From: the human T2T-CHM13v2.0 reference genome, Homo sapiens
Assembly: GCF_009914755.1 (NCBI RefSeq)
Contig: NC_060928.1
Strand: one strand, 5' to 3'
DNA length: 64,000 nucleotides
The notes beneath the pieces were generated by a model. The model was given only the letters and a program-made list of their open reading frames with translations, did not search any database and had not been told where the DNA came from. Both the position numbers and the translations under genes were made by a program. Positions 1-32,534 of the stretch are shown here, one piece after another (within the stretch, counting starts at the first letter, position 1; the number at the start of each line of letters is the position of its first letter).

Positions 1-27
1 GTCTTTTCCCCATGTAAAATAAACTCC

Positions 28-354
<327 letters not shown>

Positions 355-1488
355 TCATTTGTCTTTTTTTTAGAGACAGGGTCTTACTATGTTGCCCAGG
401 CTAGTCTCAAACTCTCAAGCTCAAACAATCCTCCTGCCTCAGTCTCCCAAGTAGCTGGGACTATAGGTGTGTCCCACTGCATCTACTTCATCTGTCCTGA
501 TCATCCATCTATCCTTGACCTAAGACAGTGCCTGGTCCAGGGTAGGTGCTCAATAAATATTTGTTGAATGAAGAAATTCATGATTGTATGAATTTCTTCA
601 AGTGTGAACCTTCTACAGAGCCCCACACTTTTTTTTTCTTAAGTAGATATTTGGGTTAGAAATTTTCTAAAATGAATTATTCAGTTCCATGCTATCTGCA
701 GATAGAAGATACCAGAAAATTAAACCTACTCCAAATGACTCAGGGCACCATCATGAACACTGCCTATTATACTGGGCTATCATCCAGTTCTATTGAGCTC
801 ATGAATTTTTTTTTAACCTCTACCCAAATCACTGTGATTGTTGAATTTTTGGCTGTCTCTGCCATGTGTGGCTTTTCTCTCTTCGTTTTGGCTGGGCTAT
901 CAGCTCTTTCTCTCATAGAAGCACCTGCCACAGCTGTTTTCCTAATATTCATTTTTAACTTTGATAAAAACTGCATAATTGAGCTTGTGAGGAATGAATT
1001 TAAAATATAAGTAAATAGGCCCTGCCTGAGATGTAAGGGAATCTCTTAAGCACCCTATGTGACTGTTAAATTGTCCTTAGTAGCATTTATTTAACTTAAT
1101 TCAAAAAATTTTTTCCCACCCGTTGTTCATGCTGGATAAGTCAGGGAGTAGTCTCGTTGCAAGCAACAGAAACTGATTTTGGTTATCTCCAGAAAAGTGG
1201 GACTTTTTTGGAGCCCTGTGAAAGAGCGCATAAAATGGAAGCTATTCTATGTCACCAAGGAGCTCATAGTCTACACAAGGAAATTAGCTAAAACCATTTG
1301 GAGGCAATAACAGAAGAGGCAATTGTATCATTCTTTCTGTTGAGTCTCCATGTTATGTATACAAACTCTAAATGAGCAGGAGTTCTGAGGAAGAATGGGT
1401 CTCTCTCCACTGAGAAGGTCACATTAGACTTTAAAGTAGAGGCGAGATGGGATTGGGAGCCTAAGGGGGTTTATAATTTGCTTAAGTG

Positions 1489-3592
<2,104 letters not shown>

Positions 3593-3749
3593 AGAGACTC
3601 TTTCGATGAAGGCTTTTTGGGTGAAATTCACGTGATTACACAGCTTTGAAAGATAGCAATAGATATGTAAAAAGTATTCACTCAACCTCACAAAATGAAT
3701 GCATGATGAATAGAGGTGCTGGAGGACACGGACTTGGTCTTATTTATAG

Positions 3750-3954
3750 CTGTGTATTAGTTTGCTAGGGCTGCCAAACATAGTACCACATACTATGTGG
3801 CTTAAATAACAGAAATGTATTTTCTTTCATTTCCAGGCTAGAAGTCTGAAATCAAGGTGTTGGCAGGGACGGTTTCTTCTGAAGCCTCTCTCCTTGGCTT
3901 CTAGGTGACTATCCTGTGACTTCACAGGGTCCTCTGTGTTTGTGTCCAAATTTC

Positions 3955-3955
<1 letters not shown>
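3750..3955 (-). mobile_element. MLT1 (MaLR) LTR fragment
   Basis: TGTATTAGTTTTGCTAGGGCTGCC...AACAGAAATGTATT...GAAGTCTGAAATCAAGGTGTTGGCAGGG is typical of MLT1B/C. Confidence 0.7.
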
Positions 3956-8245
<4,290 letters not shown>

Positions 8246-8626
8246 AACTGTTTCTTTACACAAGGGGTGCAACCTACATCATAAATTGACTTTTTGAGTT
8301 TGTCAAATCTTTTGACGAGCACAAACAATAACCACCATTTACTGAACAACAAAATATGTATGAGACACCCTGGCACGTGTTAGCTCTGTGGCTTTGGGGA
8401 GATTACTTAGCCTCTTTGTTCCTTAATTTTCTAACTTTCAAAATGAGGCAAAAATTACTTACTTCAAAGGGTTGTTGTTGTGAGGGTGGAATGAGTTTCT
8501 TACTAGATGTAGACTCCTGGAATAGCTCCTAGAACGTAGTAAGCACAATCTGGCATTTGCTGTTGATCACCTTTATTATTGCTGTTGCTGTTTTGTCCAA
8601 TTACTCTGCACAGCAGGAATTAGTAG

Positions 8627-9132
<506 letters not shown>

Positions 9133-9257
9133 TGCCTCCGGGTTCAAGCGATTCTTCCGCCTTAGCCTCCTGAGTACCTGGGATTACAGGCACACGCCAC
9201 TACTGCCTGGCTAATTTTGTATTTTTAGTAGAAACAGGGTTTTGCCATGTTGGCTAG

Positions 9258-9353
<96 letters not shown>

Positions 9354-9786
9354 TGACCACAAGAGATGGAAATACACCTGGAGCTTACTTCGGGGGATGT
9401 ATACAGGGCTGTCTCATGGAACTCAGGCACCTGATATAACTGCATATATCAGTCAGTACCTCTCAGTGGCAAATCAGAGAAACCAACTCTGGTTTTGCTA
9501 AAACAAAAGGGAACTTAGAGACAGAAAGAAGGGGGCACACAAGGCTGAAGGCTGAGGACAGCTGAGGCAGAGCCAAGGCAGCCTGGAGGGGTGGGCAGGA
9601 GACTTACCAGGATCGCATGGGCAGGCAGCCACCACTGCAGTCACTTGCATGGGGTTTGTGACCTGGGAGAGGCCAGCTGAAGACACGTGCCTGTGTGTGG
9701 CAGTCCCTGGCTGTGGGCAGAAGAATTTGGCTCCCCTCAGTATGGTGAAGGTGGCCTGGAATGACCCTTCTTTGAAAGGCGACCCA

Positions 9787-10108
9787 CTGTTTTAGTTTAT
9801 TTGGGCAGCTGTTAAAAATGCCACAGACTGGGTGGCTCACAAACAGCAGAAATGTATTTCTCACGGTTCTGGAGTCTGGGAAGTCCAAGATCAAGGTGCC
9901 AGCACATTTGATGTCTGGTTAGGACCAAGTTCCTGGTTTGTAGAAAGTACCTTCTCCCTGTATCCTCACATGGTGGAAGGGGTGAATGAGCTCCTGTGAG
10001 TCTCTTTTATAAGGCCACTAATCCCAAAGCCCTCACCTCCTGATACCATTACCTTAAAAGGATTTCAACACATGAATTTGGGGGAAACATAAACATTCAG
10101 ACATAGTG
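9787..10108 (-). mobile_element. MLT1A-type MaLR LTR
   Basis: ...CAGAAATGTATTTCTCACGGTTCTGGAGTCTGGGAAGTCCAAGATCAAGGTGCCAGCA...AACATTCAGACATAG. Confidence 0.8.
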
Positions 10109-10349
10109 CTCACAGTGGAAATGGGGGCCTGTTTTGGAAGCTAATGGGTACTGGGCAGCCAAAAACACACAAATCTGCACCTCATGAGGCCCTGACCGGG
10201 GACTTGCCAGGGACAGGAATGCCCACAGGACTGTCTCCAAGTCCCATTTCAGCCCTTATTTTATTTCTGCTTCACTCTTCTCTCTTTCTTTTCCTGAAAA
10301 CTCTCTCTGCAACCTATTATCATTCCCGGAGTAGAAAAGGCCTTAGAAT

Positions 10350-12142
<1,793 letters not shown>

Positions 12143-13278
12143 TAAAATTTAAATAAATAATTGGTGCCAAGTGCATCACTACTCCCCTCCTCCTGCTCTG
12201 AGAACACATATTTTTGGGTGGGAGACGTGGGACCAGACATAAGGAAGAAAAAGCAGGAATGCTAACAGCCTCGGGCAGTTTAGCGGAGACAGGAAGGTCC
12301 AGCTTCTCCTCCCTTCCCTCCCAGTTCACCCTAGGGAACGTACTGGTTTTTCTTCACTTTAGACTGGTGGGCAGGGGTCTCTGCAGACAGCAGGAATAGC
12401 TGCTGCAATGGAGAAGGAGGAGCTTGTGGGAGGAAATGCAGGAGGTGATATTCCCTCCAAGGGAAGCATATGGCTACCAAGAGCAGGTCATGGGGGAAAG
12501 GCCAGCACATGGGATAGGAAAGTGGTCCTTTTAGTAGGACAGAGGACTAACTCTGTTGGGAAAGGCTTCTAGAAGCCCATTTGCTGTAAAGGCATCATTG
12601 GCAGCTGAGGTCAGAGGAAGGAGAAAGATGTTCTACAACAGAGGAAAGAGAAATAATTGGACCCGGGGTGGAGTATCTCGGTGGAGCTAGAGACAGAGAA
12701 TGATGCTCCTACATTAACTTGATGTGACCCCTCCTGCTGCCCTCCCCTCCCCATCTTGAATTAAATTTGCATCCATCACAAATTGCTGGGGGTGGGGTCT
12801 GTAAGGAGACAGCAGAGGCCAGGGTCAGCATGGCCCCCAGCTCGCTTCTGGATTTTGCTAACATCGTATCTGTTGGAAACGGATGCATCCCCCTCTTTCT
12901 GGGAAGGATGGCTCCTTTGTGACTGCTAGCCAGCAATTGTGAGATCCCAGAGCAATTTTGCTGTTGATTAGATTGCCTATTTTTGTATTCACTTTGGATC
13001 TCCATAGATCTGGGAGAGCAGAAGGTCTCTCTCAAGGGTTATAACAGTGACTTTGCCATTTGGCAGAGATTTATGGAGCTCGCCTTTGGTATCTCAGAAA
13101 GTTGAACTCTCGATTTTCTCTCTGAATCTGTTCCAGTCTCATTTTCTGCATCCCAGTAAATGGCACCACCAGCCACTCAGTTGCTCAAGCTAAATTCCTA
13201 TCAGTCACTGTCAATTTTTTCTTTTCCTTCCTTCTATCCATCAGCGAGTAAGGTGGACTTGATCTCTACCCATGGTGG

Positions 13279-13390
13279 CCTAGGATGACCACCCATCCAG
13301 GTTTGCCAAGGACTTTCTCATTTTAGCACTGAAGTTCCTGTGTCCCAGGAAACCCCTCAGACCCAGCAAACTGGGGTCGTTGGTCACCCT
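13279..13390. mobile_element. MER81-like hAT MITE
   Basis: Terminal inverted repeats TAGGATGACCA...TGGTCACCCT, about 110 bp. Confidence 0.6.
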
Positions 13391-13934
13391 CATCTTTCAC
13401 AGCCATGTGAATCCAATTGGCACTAGTCTGTCCCTTCCTAGCCAGCATCCCTGCTTCCTTCTGGACCTACAAACATTCTCCACACAGCAGCAGAGTCAGC
13501 TGGTAACTGAATGAATCAGAGGATAGGATTCCTCTGTCTGCTTGAGACCCTTCAATGCACTTCAACCCACGAGAGCCCCCTTACAGCCCTGTACGATCAG
13601 CTCTGGCTTTGCTTGGGCCTCTCTGCCACAGCGCTTCCTCATTTGCATTCTAGAGCCACATGCTTCAATGTGCCCAGGCCCTTCTTCCATGTCTACCCTT
13701 GTTGTCCCTCCTCCCTGACATGCTGTCCCTGAATCTCCACAAGGGGCTTGCTTCTCATCATTCAGGTCTCAGCACACAGGTCACTATCTCAGAAAGGACC
13801 ACCCAGGTCTGAATTAGCTTTCCGTTTCCTGACTTAGTGAAGGCTAAAGTTGGTCAGTTTCTAATCATTGGCCTCTTTATCTCATAACTCTGTTTTAATC
13901 TCCTGATGTATTTGTCACTGCTAAAACAACTTTG

Positions 13935-19218
<5,284 letters not shown>

Positions 19219-19639
19219 TCAGAAATCATTTGGATTACAACAGCTTGGTTCCTGAACTTGATCGTTAGCTGAAGCTTTTCTGATACCAGGCACAAAGGTC
19301 AGCATCGTTTCAGAGAGTGTACCCTTTTCTTAAAAGTTGTTGGAATTTCTATGTCCCCAATACTATGTTATAGTTAAAATGGCAGCTGTGTTTTTCCATA
19401 TAGGCTCCATATTGTCATACCAGGTATTTCAAATTTATGCCAAAGTCCCTGAATCTGCTATGCTGAGGACTAGAAGAAGAAATTGACCATTTGACTTTCC
19501 TTAAGGTCACTTCCTTGCTTCTCTTGGAGAGAGGAATTATTCTTTACACAATAAGCTTCCTAGGCGGGACTGGAAACAGCACCACGCAGTAGATGGGACA
19601 TAGATTTAGGACAGAGATTGCAAAGTGGCAGCCTCTTTG

Positions 19640-19862
19640 CAGCTCGGGATTTCTTGACTATGGCACTAACGACTTTCTGGGCTGGATCATTCTTGGTTGT
19701 GGGGTCGGCCCTGTGCATTGTATTATAGGATCTTTAGCAGCATCGCTGGCCTCTACCAGTAGATGCCAGTTACACTCCTTGCCCCTAGTTATGACAACAC
19801 AAATGTCTCAAAGCTTTGCTAAATATCCCCTGTGGGCAAAACTGCCCCTAGCTGAGATCCTG
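19640..19862. mobile_element. MER20 (hAT-Charlie) DNA transposon
   Basis: ...GGCACTAACGACTTTCTGGGCTGGATCATTCTTGGTTGTGGGG...CCTGTGCATTGTA...GATGCCAGT...GGGCAAAACTGCCCC matches MER20. Confidence 0.75.
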
Positions 19863-20473
19863 TGCTGTGGCTATTTTAAGCAGAGAGGGGTTTAATTCCA
19901 GGAATGAGAAGGTGCTTTCAGATCCACACTAACATCATTGCGGGAGCCAGGCTGGGCTTCAGAAACACACAGAACTGGCCTTTCCCTGGCCCTGCCTCTC
20001 AGCCCCATTCAGCGGGTGCTCTCTATCATTCCCTTGCCCTGGAAGAGGTCCCCCTTGACTCATTCACATCCCCCAGGCTCCAAAGGCTTTGATTTTGCAT
20101 CAGTGTCCGACAGACCTGTTTGCAAATTGTTGGTTCTGCTTCTTGCCAGCTGGGCACTCTTGGGCAAATTATTTAATTTTCTTGAGCTTGGTTTCCCCAT
20201 CTCTGAGCGTCTTTCTCAACTCACATTCCCTGTCTGCCTTGAGACTCTGTGAGAGTCTCAACTCCTCTTTCTTTTTCCCTTCATCTTTTATTTTCCTTGA
20301 CATCTTTTTTCCTTCTCTGTGTCTTTCCTTCAATGACTAAAGTACATTGATCAAATGTAAGGTTTGATGGTGTGCTCTTTAAAAAACAGTGTGTCGCAAA
20401 ACAAAACCTCTATCAAAGAAAATTGGGAAAAACAAGGAACATTTAAAATACTCCCTTTAATCTTATCTCCCTA

Positions 20474-21512
<1,039 letters not shown>

Positions 21513-21594
21513 CCCCATATTTCTGTTTTGAATTTATCATTTCTTTGTTACATTGTATCATAAACATTTTGATGTTGCTACATTGTTTTCATAA

Positions 21595-22690
<1,096 letters not shown>

Positions 22691-23879
22691 TCAATCATGA
22701 AAAATGCCAATTTTTGAAGTACATATTAAAACCGTGAATAGGACACTTTTCCCGCTAGTACAATTTGTTTGAAACATTAATGTCTAACAGTGATGAGGGA
22801 GAAATGAAATAGATATTGGTGATTCACATGAACAGAACCTTTGAGGGAAAACTAGAAATATAAATGATCTGTCTACTGTTTATTATACTGTTCAGTGGGG
22901 ATATTTTTTCCCACTGTGTTTGCCTAATTTTACATAGCTATATTGTCAAATCTATAGCTCTTTTGGGTTATCTCATTCATGGTTTTTCTGTGATCTGAGT
23001 TTTAAAGTCTTTCTCCTGGAATTAATTTTTTTTCCATTGTTTTCCATCCCGAATCAACATCCCTGGAATTAATTTTGATATATGATATGATATATGTCTA
23101 AGTCAATTTTTTTTTTCTAATTGACAATTGGTTACTCTAGAAAATTTATTAGTAATCCTTAACTTTAAAAATTGATTTGAAATGCCTTTTTAACCTAACA
23201 GCAGGAATCTATTTCTGGGTCATTTTATTCAACCATTCATCTTGCTGCTCCTTGGTTATTACCACATTGTTTTGTTCATTGTAGTTTATTACATTGTAGT
23301 TTATTATTTATTTATTAGATTGTAGTTTATTATTTTGTATTTATATAAATACAAATTTATACAAATATTAGTTTAGTATTTATTATTTATTACATTGTAG
23401 TTTACTAGTGTGTTTTGATATCTTATAGAGCTTGTTTCATCTCATTTCTTTAGTTTCTTCTGAATTTTCTTCTATATTCTTGTCCTCTCTATTCTTCTGT
23501 ATTGGTTTTACAGATGCTTTCTTTTTTGTTGTTTGCTTTATTTTTTCCTTTGGAAACAGGGTCTCACTATTTTGCCTAGGCTGGGCTCCAACTCTCCATC
23601 CTTCCATCTCAGCCTCCTGAGGAGCTAGGATCACAGGCATGTACGACCTTGCCCAGCTACTCAGATGAGGTTAGAATTTTCTTGCCAATGTCCTATCTTC
23701 TCCCTGGGTGGGGGATGCCAGGGTGGGCTGGCCCAAGTGTTTCGGTCCCTAATGCCCTCATAGCACATATGTGTGTGTCAGACAGGCCTGCTTAGGCGGG
23801 TCACCACAACAAGAGGTTTGACGTGAGTGTGTGTAGAACCAAGGAACAAGCTCTAAAACAGGGGCTTCCAACCAGAGAG

Positions 23880-23970
23880 AAGGGATTAAACCCGCCTTAG
23901 GGTGGGACTGGGTTGATTAAATTAAGGAGATTGCAGGCATGGGTGGGGCTAAGTGGGACCTATTTAAGGC
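23880..23970 (+). promoter_or_regulatory. SLC34A2: Putative distal alternative promoter of SLC34A2: DUX4 motif, TAATCC site, KLF/SP boxes, TATA-like box
   Basis: TGATTAAATTA 23914-23924 (reverse complement TAATTTAATCA = TAAYBBAATCA); GGGATTA 23882-23888; CCCGCC and GGGTGGG boxes; TATTTAA 23961-23967. Confidence 0.65.
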
Positions 23971-23989
23971 CTCTTATCTTCCCCGGTCT

Positions 23990-24328
23990 CAGACTAGTGG
24001 CTTCCAGTTCTGACTGAAGCGGTCTCCAGCTCTGAAGCGGTCTCCAGCTCTGAAGCTATCTCCAGCTCTGAAGCGGTCTCCAGCTCTGAAGCGATCTCCA
24101 GCTCTGAAGCGGTCTCCAGCTCTGAAACGATCTCCAGCTCTGAAACAATCTCCAGCTCTGAAGCGGTCTCCAGCTCTGAAACAATCTCCAGCTCTGAAGC
24201 GGTCTCCAGCTCTGAAACAGTCTCCAGCTCTGAAGCGGTCTCCAGCTCTGAAGCGGCCTCCAGCTATGAAGCGGTCTCCAGCTTTGACTCCAGTTGTTTC
24301 CAGCTCTTCTGGACTGACTTCTTTCCAG
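23990..24328 (+). other. SLC34A2: Putative distal alternative first exon of SLC34A2 (start approximate)
   Basis: Begins about 25-30 nt after the TATA-like box and ends at donor CAG|GTAGGA (24328/24329). Confidence 0.6.
24014..24283 (+). repeat. 18-bp minisatellite (CTGAAGCGGTCTCCAGCT)x15
   Basis: 15 consecutive units with variants (CTATCT, CGATCT, AACAAT, AACAGT, GGCCTC, ATGAAG). Confidence 0.95.
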
Positions 24329-24854
24329 GTAGGAAGACCAATGCAGGGTCTGAGGGATCTGGAACCTTCACCACAGTATAACTAATTTCTTCAAGTCCTG
24401 AGTGGGCAAAGGTGGTCTCTGGGGAGATGGTGAAGGGTGGGGTATCAGAGTGTCATGTGGGGCTTGGAATGATGAAGGAAGTTGGGGTGACCAGTCAAGG
24501 AGGTCCCCATTTTCCAGCCCGGCAGGCTCTCCGTGTGTTGTTGGGAGTGGAGTAAGGGGCTAGTCCCTTTGTCCAGTGAAATGAGAGTGTGCTCGTGTGT
24601 CAATGAGCTCCCCATGGGGCCTGTTGGAGAGCTTGGGTCTCATTTAGGAGATGATGTCCACAGATTCTTGCTTAGGCTTATGAGAGGTTGGTAGAGTTGT
24701 GAATCTGGTTTGAATCCTGAGTGGACCAGAAACTTGGGCAAAATCTAAACTCCCAAGCCAGACTCCTCATCTGCAAAATGGCGATAAAATTACTGGATAA
24801 TCTAGGGTTGTTGTGAGAATTTAACAATTGAGTGTTCAGGCTTTTGACATTTAT

Positions 24855-29541
<4,687 letters not shown>

Positions 29542-31459
29542 CGATGAAAGTATTTTAGATGTTTGTATTTATACATAAGGCTCTATGTTTGAAGTACTAA
29601 ATGGTGAGAGTATTTTGTATCTCAGATGGAATAACGATAGGAAAATGTTCTTCAGCAAATTGTACTCTCCTAAAGGGAGAGATTATAGAGTGATGAACAC
29701 AGACACGCCATCTACCTTTCCTCCAGACTTTGTAAAAAAAAATTATATAAATTACAATCCCAAACTAGAATCAGATACCATCCCTGATCTACTACCAAGA
29801 TCTATACACATTAAGAGAACAATGTTCGGGATTGAACCTGTTTTGCCTTTTTAATCGGAACACAAAAGGGATACCTTTTTCTTTCTCCAAGTTTTTGAAA
29901 TTTTGGTCTCCCTCCTACATTCACTCCTTGTTGAAAGTAATGGAAAGGCAATTAGGTCTGTGTCCCAAATGAAAGCCCACAGTCAGGAGGGGATTCTCAT
30001 TGAGGTGACTGTCCTGTTAAGACCTGCTCCTGTGAACCCCCAAGCACAGGGCAGAGCAGGACATGAACTAAGAGCCAGGCTTTGCCGAATCCGGGTCGAG
30101 TTCACCGACAGCAGTGTGTGCAGCACGCTTCCTCCTCTGCACCCTGGCAGTAGAGCCCTTCCTCATTGTAAAGCCAAGTGGTGTCTGCAGTCCGCCTTGC
30201 CCAGGGCTGGAGGCAGAGCTGAGCTTGGTGAACAGGTGCCAGGGGATTCCTGTCATCAGTGGACTATGCTTTAGAAGCTGCTTGTTGCAAAGGTACTGGT
30301 TGATCATTGTCTGAGAGTTGGATCTGAAGGCCAACACCCACTAGCAAAACCATCATCCCTGTAATAACAGCAACCCAAGCAGATTTGATTTCTCCAGTGA
30401 AGGTTCTAGATGAGTCTAATCAAGGCTTCCCACCCATCTTCTCCCAACACCAGAGTTTCCCTGTGAAAACGATCATGGTTAACTCGCACTGAATACTATT
30501 TATGTGCCAAGTACCATTCCACATTCTTTACATATTTTAGCTCACTTTACTCCAACGGGGACCATTATTCCCAGTTTGCACATAAGCAAATGGAGCCAGG
30601 GAAAGCAAGGGGCAGAACAGGGAACTGATTTCCCGGAGTTTCGGCCCAGAGTCAGTGTGCTTAGCCACCGCCAACACCAGCCCCAGAGCTCTAGGCTCCT
30701 GGAAGTCGTGCTCCCGAGTCCTTCCCCTTGCACAGTGGAGAGAACTCGATGTTGGAATGAAACCAGCTAATTCCAGTAGGGTGCTTCCGCTGTTGTGAGG
30801 AGCTGGGCAACTAGTAAGCTCACTGAGCCTCACTGTGCTCCACTATAAAACCAGGAGAGTGCGCAGCAGAGGAGAGGGTCTGGGTTTCAGAATAAGAAGC
30901 AGGTTTTCTTCCTGCTCAGCAAATCCTGGGTAATTGTATCATATCCCCTAACCCCTTAAACCTCAGCTAGAGAGGGCGCCAGTCTTAGCCCCAGGGAAGG
31001 CTTTCGTGTGCACATTGGAGACAAAGCCTGCCCAGCAGTGCCCGGCACAGAACTGGGGAGCTGTTGGGATAAGCATGGGGGTGGACTCTCCCTGGGACAG
31101 ATCCTATCTCACAGCAGTTTGGAGAACTGTTGTATACACACGCAGGTGACACGAGGCAGAGCAGGATGTGAAACGAGCGCAGTGGTTTGCCAAACCCGCA
31201 GCAGGCTTAGGACGGAGTGGTGAGAACAGCCCCCTTCCTTTTCCTCAGCTTGACGGTCCCAGCCTTTCCCATTGCGGACCTAGAGCCCAGACTCCCAGGG
31301 CAGAAAGCGCCCCACAGACTGATAAAGGTGAACAATCCAGGCTTTGTTTCCAAGGGCTTTATCCCTGACTTTCCAACTGGCTTTTATCTGTGTCTTCACG
31401 TCTCTGACCTCTTGAGCCTCACAGGAGCTAGACTAGAAGGTTCAAGTTCTTGAGGAGAA

Positions 31460-31900
31460 GGCAGGGGCGGGAGAGCCCCACTTGCGGGAATCTCGTGCGG
31501 ACCGAGTCGGGGCGGGAGAGGGCGCGCACCAGCCAGGCTAGGGCGCGCGGGGCGCCGAGGGGCGCGGGGCCGTTTGGGGCCGTTCGGGCCAGTTCGCGCG
31601 GCGGGGCCCGTCGGAGCTTTTCTCTCGGCAGCCTGGCTGGCCGCGCGTCTTCTCCGCGCAGCGGGCGAAGTCGCGATGGGTTCATTAAGGCGGCAGGTAG
31701 GCAGTGCCCCGGCGGCGGCTGCGGCAGGCGGTCCTGGAATGTGCGAGGGGCGTGATGACAGCGGCCAGCCTCTTTGCGCAACACCTTCGCCATATATACC
31801 CGGGGCGCTGCGCTCCACCTGGCCGCCGCCTCCAGCCCAGCACCTGCGGAGGGAGCGCTGGTGAGTACCGCCGCCGGGGCAGGGGCGCTTCCTCGCTCTT
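31460..31900 (+). promoter_or_regulatory. SLC34A2: CpG-island main promoter of SLC34A2 with GC boxes and TATA (TATATA 31793-31798)
   Basis: Very high CpG/GC density, GGGGCGGG boxes, TATA about 25-30 nt before exon 1. Confidence 0.9.
31821..31860 (+). other. SLC34A2: SLC34A2 non-coding exon 1 (start approximate)
   Basis: Ends at strong donor CTG|GTGAGT (31860/31861); joins ACC-ATG of exon 2. Confidence 0.85.
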
Positions 31901-32434
31901 TCAAGGACTTTGATTCACTTAATTCTTGCAAATACCTCTCGGTGCTGACTTCAAGGAACTTGGCTGGCTTTGGGCCGCAGAAGTGAAAAACACAAAGCTC
32001 TCCACAATGTTCAAGTTGTTTTCTTCTTAATGTTACGGTTATTGCTTTTATTACAGCTTTTGCTGCTACACTCTTACGATCGACAGTGTTATTAATCAGC
32101 CACACTTGTGGATTCTAAAATGATCACTGTTTTGAGAGTCGTGGTTTGGAAGAGGAAAGGCCCAGGGGATAGAAATCTCCACCTAGGAATCAGGATAGCT
32201 AGGCTCTTTGTGGCTGGGTCACCAACTAGCCATGTGACAACGCTAGTCCCTGTGAGCCCCTGGGCTGCCGTCTTCCATTCTTTATAAGAAGGGGAATGCG
32301 ACATCTCAGGACCATGAAAATTCTAGGTTTGTGGTGGCTGCCTGGTGATGTGACACTGCCCCCCACCCAAGTGTGACTTCCACGTGGTACAGTGCTTGTT
32401 TGCAGTTATTTAAGGTGCCTAGGAGACAGTCTTA

Positions 32435-32534
32435 GTTTGTTTCTATTAGGGCCCGTGGCCATCAGCGAAGGGTCCGTCCTTCAGCCGTCTTGGGGAGCAA
32501 AGCCCGCAATTTATGTTTTCCAAGCCACAAATGG
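32435..32534 (+). other. SLC34A2: Putative alternative first exon 1b (start approximate)
   Basis: TATTTAA at 32407-32413 upstream; donor TGG|GTGAGC at 32534/32535. Confidence 0.55.

Noticed and set aside
672-1010. 112-aa hydrophobic ORF
   Set aside because: No recognisable homology, splice context or promoter; likely chance
24014-24283. Regular repeat superficially resembling a CRISPR array
   Set aside because: Head-to-tail units with no unique spacers, eukaryotic context, no cas genes: a minisatellite
31396-32105. Long GC-rich ORFs (225 aa -, 140 aa -, 101 aa +) over the promoter
   Set aside because: Expected from stop-codon depletion in a CpG island; no recognisable domain
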